Source of the DNA: an uncultured Myxococcales bacterium
GTDB lineage: Bacteria; Myxococcota_A; Polyangia; JAAYKL01
Assembly: GCA_964458775.1 (NCBI GenBank)
Contig: CAYWLQ010000003.1
Coordinates: 17,923-81,922 of the forward strand
Direction of reading: 5' to 3'
DNA length: 64,000 nucleotides
Below, piece by piece: positions 19,165 to 28,393 of this stretch. The translations under genes were made by a program, and so were the position numbers. Positions within the stretch are counted from its first letter, which is position 1. Every line of letters starts with the position of its first letter. The notes under the pieces were generated by a model. The model searched no databases. It was not told where the DNA came from and was given only the letters and a program-made list of their open reading frames with translations.

Positions 19165-19908
19165 ATGAGATGTCAGAAATATTACAAACAATATAAACAG
19201 CAAGTCGTGCAGATAGCAACTGTCATGCTTTTCTTTATGATCGTATCATGCGGTACCGCTCCGATGAAAGTTCTCTATACTCTTGAGAACACTCACGAAA
19301 CCAATACAAAAGATGATCCTAAACAAACGGTTTGTTCAATCGCGTTGGGATTGAATCCGGTTGATGTGTTATCCCCATATGACATAACCAAGATAATTTT
19401 TCGTCCGGATCCTCTTGAAGTTCGTTTCTACACACAAAGCCAATGGGTCAGTCATCCGGAGGAAATGTTTGCAAAGCTAATTACCGCTCGCATTGAAGAT
19501 GAGAGGTTGTTTTCTACAGTAGACGCATCTGTTAATGTAACCGGTCCTCATTTGTCGCTTTTGGTTAAGGTTCATGCCGTAGAGGAGTTAGACAGAGACA
19601 AAGAATGGTTCGGCCGCCTTTCTATGAGTGTTTTTTTGACTGATGAAATGGAAGGTCAGCTCTTGTGGAGTCACAGGTTTGATGCTCAGGAAAAAACCCC
19701 AAAAGATGAGGTACGATCTGTCATAGAAGTACTTAACAAATTGTACAATCGCGAAATGGACAAGGTAGTTAAATCACTTAGAGAATTTCTATCCAACGGA
19801 GGTTGCACCTTTTCTCGTTCAGCTAATCACATTAAAAAAATAGATAACTACGAAAAAGATAGTGAGACATACGATGGCAGCTCAAATGATGAATCAAGTG
19901 AGAACTAA
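19165..19908 (+). CDS. Lipoprotein, probable ABC-transport auxiliary component (PqiC/DUF330-like)
   Basis: Lipobox FMIVSC followed by G. It starts 1 nt after the MCE gene stop and has an acidic tail. The family call rests mainly on position after an MCE gene. Confidence 0.5.
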   Translation: MRCQKYYKQYKQQVVQIATVMLFFMIVSCGTAPMKVLYTLENTHETNTKDDPKQTVCSIALGLNPVDVLSPYDITKIIFRPDPLEVRFYTQSQWVSHPEEMFAKLITARIEDERLFSTVDASVNVTGPHLSLLVKVHAVEELDRDKEWFGRLSMSVFLTDEMEGQLLWSHRFDAQEKTPKDEVRSVIEVLNKLYNREMDKVVKSLREFLSNGGCTFSRSANHIKKIDNYEKDSETYDGSSNDESSEN

Positions 19909-19950
19909 AGCCGCAGTTGACATGTGTTCTCAGTCCTAACAAGTCATATA

Positions 19951-19995
19951 TTGAAAAAAAGCTTGAGTTTAATATTAACCAGGGTTAAATATTAA
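19951..19995 (+). promoter_or_regulatory. Candidate promoter plus MarR-type operator
   Basis: The promoter is TTGAAA (19951-19956), a 16-nt spacer and TATTAA (19973-19978). The -10 lies inside a near-perfect inverted repeat, TTAATATTAACC-ag-GGTTAAATATTAA (19969-19995), which ends 3 nt before the MarR ATG. Confidence 0.4.
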
Positions 19996-19998
19996 TAC

Positions 19999-20484
19999 AT
20001 GTTACATGGTGAAACACAGAATTTTAATTCAACTTCACAATCTCATCGAGAATATGCGTATGAAGCTATTGAGCTGATGAGATTGCTTACGGCTGTTTTT
20101 TTAAAACGAAGAGGTCAGCTTGCTGCTAAAGTCGGCCTTACTGAACAGGAATGGATTCTCTTAGAAAGAATGCAAACGGAGCATTTTATGCCGTCAATGT
20201 TTGCAAAGGAGAGAGACTCGAGTCCGGCTGCTGTATCTAAAATTCTTAGAAGACTAATGGAAAAAAAAATTATTGAAGCTCAATTGAGCAATAAGGACTC
20301 AAGAAAGCGTGAGTATTGTTTGACCGCTGAAGGAAAAAAGGTGATGTCATCCCTTCGAGAAATGCGAGAGCGAGCAATTAAGAATATATGGATGACTTTT
20401 GATGAGAAAACATTGTCAACATTCTGCGATTTCGGTTCACGACTCATAGAGTCGATAGAATTGTACTCGCAAAAGGAGGAATAA
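19999..20484 (+). CDS. MarR-family transcriptional regulator
   Basis: 161 aa with a winged-helix MarR pattern (LTEQEWILLERMQ...SPAAVSKILRRLMEKKIIEAQLSNKDSRKREYCLTAEGKKV). Confidence 0.8.
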   Translation: MLHGETQNFNSTSQSHREYAYEAIELMRLLTAVFLKRRGQLAAKVGLTEQEWILLERMQTEHFMPSMFAKERDSSPAAVSKILRRLMEKKIIEAQLSNKDSRKREYCLTAEGKKVMSSLREMRERAIKNIWMTFDEKTLSTFCDFGSRLIESIELYSQKEE

Positions 20485-20490
20485 CCCGTC

Positions 20491-21915
20491 ATGGGCAAGA
20501 CACTTTACGAAAAGGTATTTGAAAAACACACGGTTCGAAAACTTGATTCAGGGCAGTATCAGCTTTTGGTGGGACTGCATTTGCTTCACGAGGTAACCTC
20601 TCCTCAGGCTTTTTCAATGCTTCGAGATAAGAAGCTCAGTGTTTTAATGCCGAGCCGAAATTTTGCAACGTGTGATCATATCATTCCGACCGACGATCAG
20701 TCCAGGCCTTACAAAGATGAGTTGGCGGAGGAAATGCTTACGGCAATTGAAAAAAATACCTCGGATTTTGGGATTAAATTTTTTGCTCCGGAGGACGGTG
20801 ACCAAGGTATTGTGCATGTAATAGCACCCGAAAAAGGATTGACCCAACCGGGAATGGTAATTTGTTGCGGAGATTCGCATACTGCTACTCACGGAGCATT
20901 CGGTTCAATAGCTATGGGTATAGGAACCTCCCAAGTCAGAGATGTATTGGCCACTCAAACCATTCCGCAAGCAAAGCTCAAAGTTCGCAGAATAGAGGTT
21001 AACGGAAAGCTGAAACCCGGTGTTTCTGCAAAAGATGTTATTTTATATATAATTGCAAAACTCGGAGTGGAGGGCGGCGTCGGTTATGTATACGAATATG
21101 CAGGAGATACTATTGAATCAATGACAATGGATGAGCGAATGACGGTTTGCAACATGTCTATAGAAGGCGGAGCTCGATGCGGGTACATCAATCCTGACAA
21201 AGTTACCTATGATTATCTTAAAGGACGTGATTTCGCTCCCAAGGGTGATGATTGGAGTCGAGCCGCAGCTTATTGGAACTCAATACGCTCTGATGCTGAT
21301 GCTGTTTATGACGATACTGTTGTATATAGAGCCGAAGACATTCCGATGATGGTAACCTGGGGAATTACTCCGGGACAGGCTGTGGGAATACACGAAAGAG
21401 TTCCTTCTCCTTCTGATTACAGCGATGCTGAGAAACCTGTAATCCAAGAGGCCTTAGATTATATGGGCTTTGTACCGGGAATGAATCTTTTGGGGCAAAA
21501 AGTAGATGTCGCATTTTTGGGATCTTGTACCAACGGTAGGTTTTCTGATTTTGAAGAAACAGCCGCATATTTAAAAGCAAGCGGTCTTAAGGTTGCTCCC
21601 GGAGTGAGAGCTCTTGCTGTTCCGGGATCGCAATTGGTTTTAAAACAACTCGTAAAAGCGGGGATAGACAAGATTTTCGAAGAAGCCGGTTTTGAATTCA
21701 GATTGGCCGGATGCTCCATGTGTTTAGCCATGAATCCGGACAAACTTAGAGGCAGAGAAATAAGCGCTTCGTCTTCAAATAGAAATTTCAAGGGGCGTCA
21801 AGGCTCTCCCACCGGACGTACCATGCTGATGTCACCTATTATGGTTGCAGCGGCAGCGGTCACCGGAGTTGTATCCGACCCGGCAAAGGTCTTTTCAATC
21901 GGTCAGAAGAACTGA
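20491..21915 (+). CDS. leuC: 3-isopropylmalate dehydratase large subunit
   Basis: 474 aa. Motifs are [34 protein letters not shown] and CSMCLAMN (the Fe-S ligand cysteines). AAGGAGG RBS. The gene starts 6 nt after the MarR stop. Confidence 0.95.
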   Translation: MGKTLYEKVFEKHTVRKLDSGQYQLLVGLHLLHEVTSPQAFSMLRDKKLSVLMPSRNFATCDHIIPTDDQSRPYKDELAEEMLTAIEKNTSDFGIKFFAPEDGDQGIVHVIAPEKGLTQPGMVICCGDSHTATHGAFGSIAMGIGTSQVRDVLATQTIPQAKLKVRRIEVNGKLKPGVSAKDVILYIIAKLGVEGGVGYVYEYAGDTIESMTMDERMTVCNMSIEGGARCGYINPDKVTYDYLKGRDFAPKGDDWSRAAAYWNSIRSDADAVYDDTVVYRAEDIPMMVTWGITPGQAVGIHERVPSPSDYSDAEKPVIQEALDYMGFVPGMNLLGQKVDVAFLGSCTNGRFSDFEETAAYLKASGLKVAPGVRALAVPGSQLVLKQLVKAGIDKIFEEAGFEFRLAGCSMCLAMNPDKLRGREISASSSNRNFKGRQGSPTGRTMLMSPIMVAAAAVTGVVSDPAKVFSIGQKN

Positions 21916-21934
21916 CGCTATATGAGGTTATACA

Positions 21935-22540
21935 ATGAATGAGATAAAAAAAGTAAAAGGTTTGGGCATAGCGGTTAGAGGAAATGACATTGACACTGAC
22001 CGAATTATTCCTGCTCGTTTTTTGAGATGTGTGAGTTTTGACGGTCTTAGGGGACATGCCTTTGAAGACGATAGGCTGCAAATTAAAGAAGCCGGCGGTG
22101 TTCATCCGTTTGACAATCCTGCATTTCAAAATGCCGAGGTTTTAGTTGGCGGCTCCAATTTCGGTTGCGGCTCTTCAAGAGAACACGCACCGCAAGCGCT
22201 TCTTCGCTGGAACAAAGGAATAAAAGCCATTGTCGCTGAGTCTTTTGCAGAAATATTTTTCGGCAACTGCACTACTTTGGGAATTCCATGTGTTACAGCT
22301 GATACAGCAACGGTCGAAAAGATCATGAAAGCAATTGAGACAAATCCGAACATCGAATTTTGTATAAACCTGGAAGAAATGACTGTTGCTTTTGGTAACG
22401 ATAAAGTTTCGGTTTCGATGGTAGAAGGACCCAGACAGCAGCTTCTTCAGGGATGTTACGATCCGACCTTGGAGCTTTTAGCAGCCAAAGAAGATATTCT
22501 AAAAACCGCAGAGCAAATCCCGTATTTTTCTTGGCAATAA
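21935..22540 (+). CDS. leuD: 3-isopropylmalate dehydratase small subunit
   Basis: 201 aa with GSNFGCGSSREHAPQAL. It follows leuC directly. Confidence 0.92.
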   Translation: MNEIKKVKGLGIAVRGNDIDTDRIIPARFLRCVSFDGLRGHAFEDDRLQIKEAGGVHPFDNPAFQNAEVLVGGSNFGCGSSREHAPQALLRWNKGIKAIVAESFAEIFFGNCTTLGIPCVTADTATVEKIMKAIETNPNIEFCINLEEMTVAFGNDKVSVSMVEGPRQQLLQGCYDPTLELLAAKEDILKTAEQIPYFSWQ

Positions 22541-22545
22541 AAAAA

Positions 22546-22571
22546 CGGGCCCACAAAGGGCGATGGGCCCG
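22546..22571 (-). terminator. Rho-independent terminator between convergent genes
   Basis: The stem is CGGGCCCA (22546-22553) and TGGGCCCG (22564-22571) with a 10-nt loop. The A-run at 22539-22545 becomes a U-tract after the hairpin on the minus strand, so it would terminate the beta-helix gene. A second hairpin, TCCCGG...CCGGGA (22577-22603), lies next to it. Confidence 0.6.
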
Positions 22572-22702
22572 CTATGTCCCGGTGAAAGGAGGAAACCCCG
22601 GGATAAGAACTCACTATTTAGATTAACCTTTTATTTTATAAAGTCCAGAAAGTATTGTGTTAGCAGAGGTTTTTATTGAAAAAGCAGAGCAAGCTGTCTG
22701 TT

Positions 22703-23998
22703 TTACTTGGATGGTTTCTGTGCTCCAGCGCCGGTTTGCGCGCCGAACAGCTTTAGGGCTTCTTTCCATGAATATCGATTGGCAAACATCGAAACTGAGG
22801 TTGTCAGCTTTCCTTGTTTATTCAGTCCCAATGCTTCTCTCATTAAGTTTGCTGGAGAGTCGGGTGCAAAATCGGCTTCTTCGCTGTAACGAGCATTAAG
22901 AAAACCTTCCGTGTATGCTTTGTCTATGGGTAATTTGAGGGCGACTTCTTTGTTTTCTTTAACTGAAGAAAAGCCGATAGTGGAAAGATCCGACACTTTT
23001 ACTCGTTCCATTTGTACATTTCCGGCTTCGGATAACAGCAAATCACCCTGTTTATTGCCGAAGAAAATATTATTGTCTATTTTGATCCATTCAAGGGGGT
23101 TGAATCTAGTGTGATCTATACCTGTAATGGTGTTGAGACCTATGATATTATTGCGAATATCGTATGAAACATTGGTCATAATTCTAACACCGTAACCCAT
23201 GTCAGCCATGTCTTTGATGCGAGACCAACTAAACAAGATAGTGTTATTTGAAACTTCAACATGACCGTCTTTTTCGGTGGGCCCCTTGGGACCTTTTTTG
23301 CCTCCGGTTCCGAATATTTCAATGGCAGCCATTCGGTTTGCTACAAACACATTATTGTGAATTACAAAATTTCCTTGTTTGTGGCCGCCCTGAATTGCAA
23401 AATTGGCGCAGTTAACAAAGACACAATTTTCAATGTGAACGTCTCCGGCAGAAGCAGAGTTTTCAATCATCAGGCATCGCTCTGTTACTGTCGCGTTTTC
23501 TCCAGCAGCTTTTTGAGGAGGTAACAACAGCATTCCGGTTTCAACTCCTGCCGGTTTCCCCTCATCTTTGTGATAGGAATTGCGAACGCCGGCATCAAAT
23601 ATAATTCCGTCAATAGTAAGTTTTTGACCGGCTGCACTTTTCTTTAGTGTTAAGAGAGATTTGCGAGATTTCGCCGCTGATGCATTGTCCGGCTGAATAA
23701 GAGTAGGAAAGGCTGTAACGTCTCTTTTTGAAAAGTCCGAAGAATAGCCTCCGATAATAGAAACAGGTACTTTTGCTTCAAGATATCCTTTCCCTCTTAA
23801 ACCGAAGTAATTTCCTTGAGCAACGCGGATGGTATCTCCGGCCGCAGCCTTGTTTAGGGCTGTTTCCAAATTTTGCATCGGTTTGTCTTTTTCACCTGAG
23901 TTGGCATTGTCACCGGTAGACATCGAAACATAATATTCTGCACCGTATGCAGTACCGGAAAGAATAATTGTCAACGCAGCCGCCAAAAATGTTTTCAT
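22703..23998 (-). CDS. Secreted right-handed parallel beta-helix repeat protein
   Basis: The start is moved to ATG 23998, which has AAGGAGGAAA immediately upstream. Signal peptide MKTFLAAALTIILSGTAYG. The repeats are PbH1-like: IENCVFVNCANFAIQGG, HNNVFVANRMAAIEIFG, VSNNTILFS, IRNNIIGLNTITGID and IDNNIFFGNKQGDL. Confidence 0.7.
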   Translation of the reverse strand: MKTFLAAALTIILSGTAYGAEYYVSMSTGDNANSGEKDKPMQNLETALNKAAAGDTIRVAQGNYFGLRGKGYLEAKVPVSIIGGYSSDFSKRDVTAFPTLIQPDNASAAKSRKSLLTLKKSAAGQKLTIDGIIFDAGVRNSYHKDEGKPAGVETGMLLLPPQKAAGENATVTERCLMIENSASAGDVHIENCVFVNCANFAIQGGHKQGNFVIHNNVFVANRMAAIEIFGTGGKKGPKGPTEKDGHVEVSNNTILFSWSRIKDMADMGYGVRIMTNVSYDIRNNIIGLNTITGIDHTRFNPLEWIKIDNNIFFGNKQGDLLLSEAGNVQMERVKVSDLSTIGFSSVKENKEVALKLPIDKAYTEGFLNARYSEEADFAPDSPANLMREALGLNKQGKLTTSVSMFANRYSWKEALKLFGAQTGAGAQKPSK

Positions 23999-24310
23999 TT
24001 TTTCCTCCTTGTTGAAAATAACCTGGTCTGTCGAACAACCGCAAGTTGTCATATGTTTATTGCCCAACTTTAATTCTCCAATAGACGTAAAGTCAATCAG
24101 TAGATTCAGTTGATTTTCATTTTTTTAATCTATTTGGATATATTTGCTTTGAAAACAAAATCTTGGCGACGAAAAGTCGCTGTTTAAGCAAGCAGTTTGC
24201 CAAAATGGCAATTATAGCTTGCAAAAAAACATAAAATTTATCTTAAACAGTGCTCGCTTCTTGGTTCGGTTCTTGCTATTAGCAGTTCCGATATGTTGAA
24301 GGAGACCTAT

Positions 24311-25090
24311 ATGAAGTTGTTTCCGCTCGTTGCTGCTGCTTTTGCAGCGGTTTTGTTACAAGTTGTTTCGGTAGATGCGCAATCTTTTGAATCGTCGCAA
24401 AAAGTGGAATCTCCCCAATATGGAGCTTTCGAACTCAGATTTGCTCCTTATAAGCCGGCTATTGACGAGAATCCTGCTTTGAACGGAACACCTTACCGTG
24501 ACGTTTTTAAAGACGACACAATGTTTCTGTTCGCATTAGAAGTTGATTGGCAGTTTTATAGACCGCCCGGTTTGAGTCTTGGAGTAGGCGGTTCTATAGG
24601 TTTTATGCAGACTTATGCAAAATCTACAATCGCAGGTAGCGGAGAGGAATCGTCTGATTATACGGTACTGAATGTTATGCCGTTTGCTTTGTTGTTTGTA
24701 ACGCGGATAGATGCGCTAGCCGACTATTTGAACATTCCGTTGGTTCCTTACTTCAAGATAGGTATGAACTGGTATTTGTGGTGGATTCTGTCAGGAGGAG
24801 AAACCGCTTCATATTCTTGGACCGATGATAATGGCGAAACTCGAACGGAAAAGGGAAGGGGAGGAACTCTGGGATGGCAGGTAGCTCCCGGGCTTGCTAT
24901 TCGATTGGACGGTTTTGACAAAAAGTCAGCAAGAACCTTTGACAACGAACTTGGAATAAACCACAGCTATATTTTTGTGGAAGTTCTTTGGGCTTTTGTT
25001 GATCGTTTTGGAAATACTGATTATATGAATCTTTCTACCAATCTATTTGCTAACGCTACGATCGTAGCGGGTTTGGCTCTCGAATTCTAA
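24311..25090 (+). CDS. Probable outer-membrane beta-barrel protein
   Basis: ATG 24311 has GGAGA upstream. The signal peptide ends VVSVDA followed by Q. The sequence shows an amphipathic strand pattern and ends AGLALEF, with the terminal Phe typical of OMPs. Confidence 0.55.
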   Translation: MKLFPLVAAAFAAVLLQVVSVDAQSFESSQKVESPQYGAFELRFAPYKPAIDENPALNGTPYRDVFKDDTMFLFALEVDWQFYRPPGLSLGVGGSIGFMQTYAKSTIAGSGEESSDYTVLNVMPFALLFVTRIDALADYLNIPLVPYFKIGMNWYLWWILSGGETASYSWTDDNGETRTEKGRGGTLGWQVAPGLAIRLDGFDKKSARTFDNELGINHSYIFVEVLWAFVDRFGNTDYMNLSTNLFANATIVAGLALEF

Positions 25091-25096
25091 ACAACA

Positions 25097-25855
25097 GTGA
25101 CCGTTTTTCGTTTGGTAATAGAATATGACGGAACCGATTTTTCAGGTTGGCAGATACAGCCTGGTCGACACACAGTCCAGGGTGTTTTGGAACAAGCACT
25201 GTTTACAATTTTGAAAGTACCGGTCCGTCTTCAGGGTGCCGGTCGTACAGACGCAGGAGTTCACGCACTTGGACAATGTGCCTCTTTTGAAGCTGAAACA
25301 GAGCTTTCATGTACAAGAATTAGAAAAGGACTTACAGCAATTGCCGGACCAAAAATATCGGCTGTAGAACTTGAAGAAGCACCTCCCGGATTTAACGCAC
25401 GGTTTGATGCAATAGGAAAACATTATAGATATGTTATTTTCAATCGGCCGTCACCGTCACCCATTCTAAGAAATACAAGTTTTTTTGTTCCTCAAAAACT
25501 TAATATAGTTGCTATGCAGGAAGCAGCGGCACTTCTTGTCGGAACTCACGACTTTGCCGGATTTCGCTCTTCAGATTGTGAAAGAAAAACAACAGTCAGG
25601 CATCTGAGCAAGGTAGAGGTAAACATTTCTGACTCAATAATAAACATTGATGTTAGAGGAGATGCATTCTTAAAGAATATGGTTCGTATAATTGCGGGGA
25701 CCTTGGTAGATGTAGGTCTCGGAAGACATTCCGTAAGTTCGGTTCAAGAGGCACTAGATACCGGTGACCGCAAGCTTGCGGGAAGAACCGCACCTGCTTT
25801 GGGACTTACCTTGATGTCAGTCGAATACCCTGACGGCTGGATTAGAAATCGATAA
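25097..25855 (+). CDS. truA: tRNA pseudouridine(38-40) synthase
   Basis: GTG start. Motifs are IEYDGTDFSGWQIQPG and GAGRTDAGVHALGQ, which contains the catalytic Asp. Confidence 0.9.
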   Translation: MTVFRLVIEYDGTDFSGWQIQPGRHTVQGVLEQALFTILKVPVRLQGAGRTDAGVHALGQCASFEAETELSCTRIRKGLTAIAGPKISAVELEEAPPGFNARFDAIGKHYRYVIFNRPSPSPILRNTSFFVPQKLNIVAMQEAAALLVGTHDFAGFRSSDCERKTTVRHLSKVEVNISDSIINIDVRGDAFLKNMVRIIAGTLVDVGLGRHSVSSVQEALDTGDRKLAGRTAPALGLTLMSVEYPDGWIRNR

Positions 25856-25865
25856 GTTGAGTTAA

Positions 25866-27266
25866 CTATTTGGATAAGGATGCTACTGCTGCTGTGCTCA
25901 TATCTTCGTCAGCAAAATAGAGTCTAAGAGCAACACCGTTTTGTTTTGGTGTTGTTATGAAGCGGGGAAGTTCTCCATTAACATAGACAATAAATCTCGC
26001 ACCGCTTTCTCTTTGTATTGACTTTATAGAGCGAACCTGCGGATTCTCTTTTCCGTCTTCCATCCATCCCTCTTTTTTTACAAGTCCTCCGGGAACGTCT
26101 ACAACTACACCGTTGGGTTCTCTTACACGATAAGCGGTAGCGTATTCCACAGGCCATTTGGTCGGAAGAAGCAAGTTTATTTCGCCTTCTGACAATGCTT
26201 GTTCGTCTTTTTCTTCTGCAACGGTCTCTTGTTTTTCTGTCGGACTATTGACTTGATTAGCTTGCGGTTCATTTTTTTGCGCAGATGACTCGATTAATCC
26301 TGCTGTCAGCGGATTGGGTCCTGTTGAATATGTACTGTCTTGAATAGTTGAAGAACTTGCAATAGCGGTATTTTCTTGAATCGTCTCAGCCGCCTTCTCA
26401 ACAAGATCTTTATCTACTGATTCAATCGTTCGGTCCAAAACCATTACGCCTGTTTCCATTTTGGGTAAAGTCGAAGCCGTTGCAATAGAGTCAACAGGTC
26501 TATTCCCGGGTAATATACTTGCTACTTTGTTCTTTACATCATCTAAGTTTATTACACCTGCTTTTTCAAACAGATAAAGTGAAGCAAAAACCATTCCCAG
26601 TACAAATGCGCCCACCATGTGGCGAGCCATTTTAAACCGACGTTTGGTACTCTGTCGAAACTCCAATTCCTCCGGCGGCAAAAGCTCTCCGACGGCCCAT
26701 TGCGGTTCATCAGATGCTGTCGAAGATGAGGTCGTTGAGTATTCTTCATCTCTTCGTTCCGTTGTCGGGCCTGTTTTTCTTTGTTCATTTTTATTTTCAG
26801 TTGAACTTGAAATTTCTGCGATAAAATCAGCCCAGGAGCCTTCGGTTTTTTCATTGGGCTTAGCCGCAGAAATTTGAGACGGCAATGAAGCTCCGATTGA
26901 TAGTTCTCCTGTGTCTTCACAGGGAGGGTCTATAGCTGTTTTAACAGCGGCGAGCAAAGACTCCGATGTTTTTGCAACAACTGTGGGACGAGTTCCTCTT
27001 GTTCTAATAGACAATCGGAGCCTTGGAAATCCGGTTTCCGGATCATCTTCAACTCCAATCCTGTGAATTGAACCGATATTCAAGTTCGCAGTATCGCCGA
27101 ATTGTACCGGAATATCGACTTCAAGCGCGGGAAAGGGACAAACCAAAGATACCCCTCGGGCGGTTTCTTGATCCATCAGGGTGTTTACTGACATCTTTTG
27201 ACCGTCTACCTTTAAACGCACTAAGTTTTCCGGACGCTTAATTTCAATACTTTGCGAAGAGCTCAT
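25866..27266 (-). CDS. Hypothetical single-pass membrane protein
   Basis: ATG 27266 is preferred because GGAGG lies 5 nt upstream. There is a central TM helix (HMVGAFVLGMVFASLYLF) with acidic and S/T-rich linkers. No family recognised. Confidence 0.55.
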   Translation of the reverse strand: MSSSQSIEIKRPENLVRLKVDGQKMSVNTLMDQETARGVSLVCPFPALEVDIPVQFGDTANLNIGSIHRIGVEDDPETGFPRLRLSIRTRGTRPTVVAKTSESLLAAVKTAIDPPCEDTGELSIGASLPSQISAAKPNEKTEGSWADFIAEISSSTENKNEQRKTGPTTERRDEEYSTTSSSTASDEPQWAVGELLPPEELEFRQSTKRRFKMARHMVGAFVLGMVFASLYLFEKAGVINLDDVKNKVASILPGNRPVDSIATASTLPKMETGVMVLDRTIESVDKDLVEKAAETIQENTAIASSSTIQDSTYSTGPNPLTAGLIESSAQKNEPQANQVNSPTEKQETVAEEKDEQALSEGEINLLLPTKWPVEYATAYRVREPNGVVVDVPGGLVKKEGWMEDGKENPQVRSIKSIQRESGARFIVYVNGELPRFITTPKQNGVALRLYFADEDMSTAAVASLSK

Positions 27267-27420
27267 GATTTCCTCCATGGCAAAAATCGCCTTCTAAGCT
27301 GTGTATACCATGGTAGTTTAATGTAGGCAAAAAAACTACATATTTTTTTTTGCAATTATAATTGCCTGTAATTATTGGTTAAAACAAGCGGATTTGGGGG
27401 GGGAGAAGAAAAAGGAGAGA

Positions 27421-28185
27421 TTAGTCGATCATTTTTTCTAAAGCAGACAGGTCAGGAAGCTCGTCAAGTGCAGGCTGAAGCACTATTTCAATTCTTCGGT
27501 TTTGAGCTTTTCCCTCTTCCGTGTTGTTGTCTGCGGCGGGCTGTGTATCAGCATAGCCGGCTGCTGAAATATTGGCATCGGAAACACCGTTGTCTATTAA
27601 GTGCTTAACCACTGAAACAGCTCTGGCCGAAGACAAATCCCAGTTTGATTTAAATCTTTTGTTTTTAATAGGAACATTGTCTGTATGTCCGGCCACTTGA
27701 AAAGTTCTTTCTTTAATATCCGCAAGTATTCCGGCAACCTGAGTCAATGCTTCAGAACCCTCATCAGAAAGCTTATCGCTGCCGCTTGGAAATAGAATGG
27801 CGGAAGCCATTTCCACGATCATTTTATTATTTACAATCTTAATCTTAAGCTTTCCTGATTCCACCATTGATTTAAATTGAGAAAGCATTTTTTGAAAGGT
27901 TTCGAGTCTCTTTTTTGCTGCTGCAGCCAATTTTGCGTTTTCAGAGCTTTCTCCTGAGAGTTGCTCAATGCTTTTCTGAAGTTGTGCAATGGTTGCTTCC
28001 AGCACCTTCTTTTCGCTTTTCATTCCTGATAGTTCTACATCAGCATTTGCTAACCGGTCTTGAGCCTGTGCTAATTGTTCTCTTAGGGATGCTGTGTCTG
28101 CGTCGTATTTTTCTTGTGGAACGCCGCATCCTACAAGTAGCGATATTGAGAGCACCCAAAAAATACCAATGATTCCAAATCTCAT
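27421..28185 (-). CDS. OmpA/MotB-domain lipoprotein with coiled-coil linker
   Basis: ATG 28185 has AAAGGAAG upstream. Lipobox LLVGC followed by G. A coiled coil of about 110 aa precedes an OmpA-like domain (FPSGSDKLSDEG, VAGHTDNVPI, SNWDLSSARAVSVVKHL, NRRIEIVL). Confidence 0.85.
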   Translation of the reverse strand: MRFGIIGIFWVLSISLLVGCGVPQEKYDADTASLREQLAQAQDRLANADVELSGMKSEKKVLEATIAQLQKSIEQLSGESSENAKLAAAAKKRLETFQKMLSQFKSMVESGKLKIKIVNNKMIVEMASAILFPSGSDKLSDEGSEALTQVAGILADIKERTFQVAGHTDNVPIKNKRFKSNWDLSSARAVSVVKHLIDNGVSDANISAAGYADTQPAADNNTEEGKAQNRRIEIVLQPALDELPDLSALEKMID

Positions 28186-28393
28186 GTTAACTTCCTTTCT
28201 TCTTTTAAAAGCTAAAAACATTTGCGCAGATGATACCCCATTTGACGCAATAGGCAATGCACAAAAAAATTCTAATCATGATGTCAATCGACCTTGCTTA
28301 GGATGCATAAGGAACAAGGCGCGCTAAAATAATTCAATGGATGATCGAGAGCCCTTCAGTTTGAACTAACAGAGGGATTCAAAGAGAGCGGTA

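Noticed and set aside
27312-27351. A hairpin (GTAGTTT/AAACTAC or ATGTAG/CTACAT) followed by a T10 run, which looks like a plus-strand rho-independent terminator
   Set aside because: Both neighbouring genes are on the minus strand and no plus-strand transcript is expected to end here. It is probably AT-rich promoter or UP-element sequence for the gene starting at 27266.
27396-27403. A G8 homopolymer (C8 on the coding strand of the flanking genes) as a possible phase-variation tract
   Set aside because: It lies in the spacer after the OmpA-like stop, upstream of the putative -35 (TTTAAC-N17-TATAAT) of the next gene. It is not in a coding region or a promoter spacer, so a length change would not obviously switch anything.
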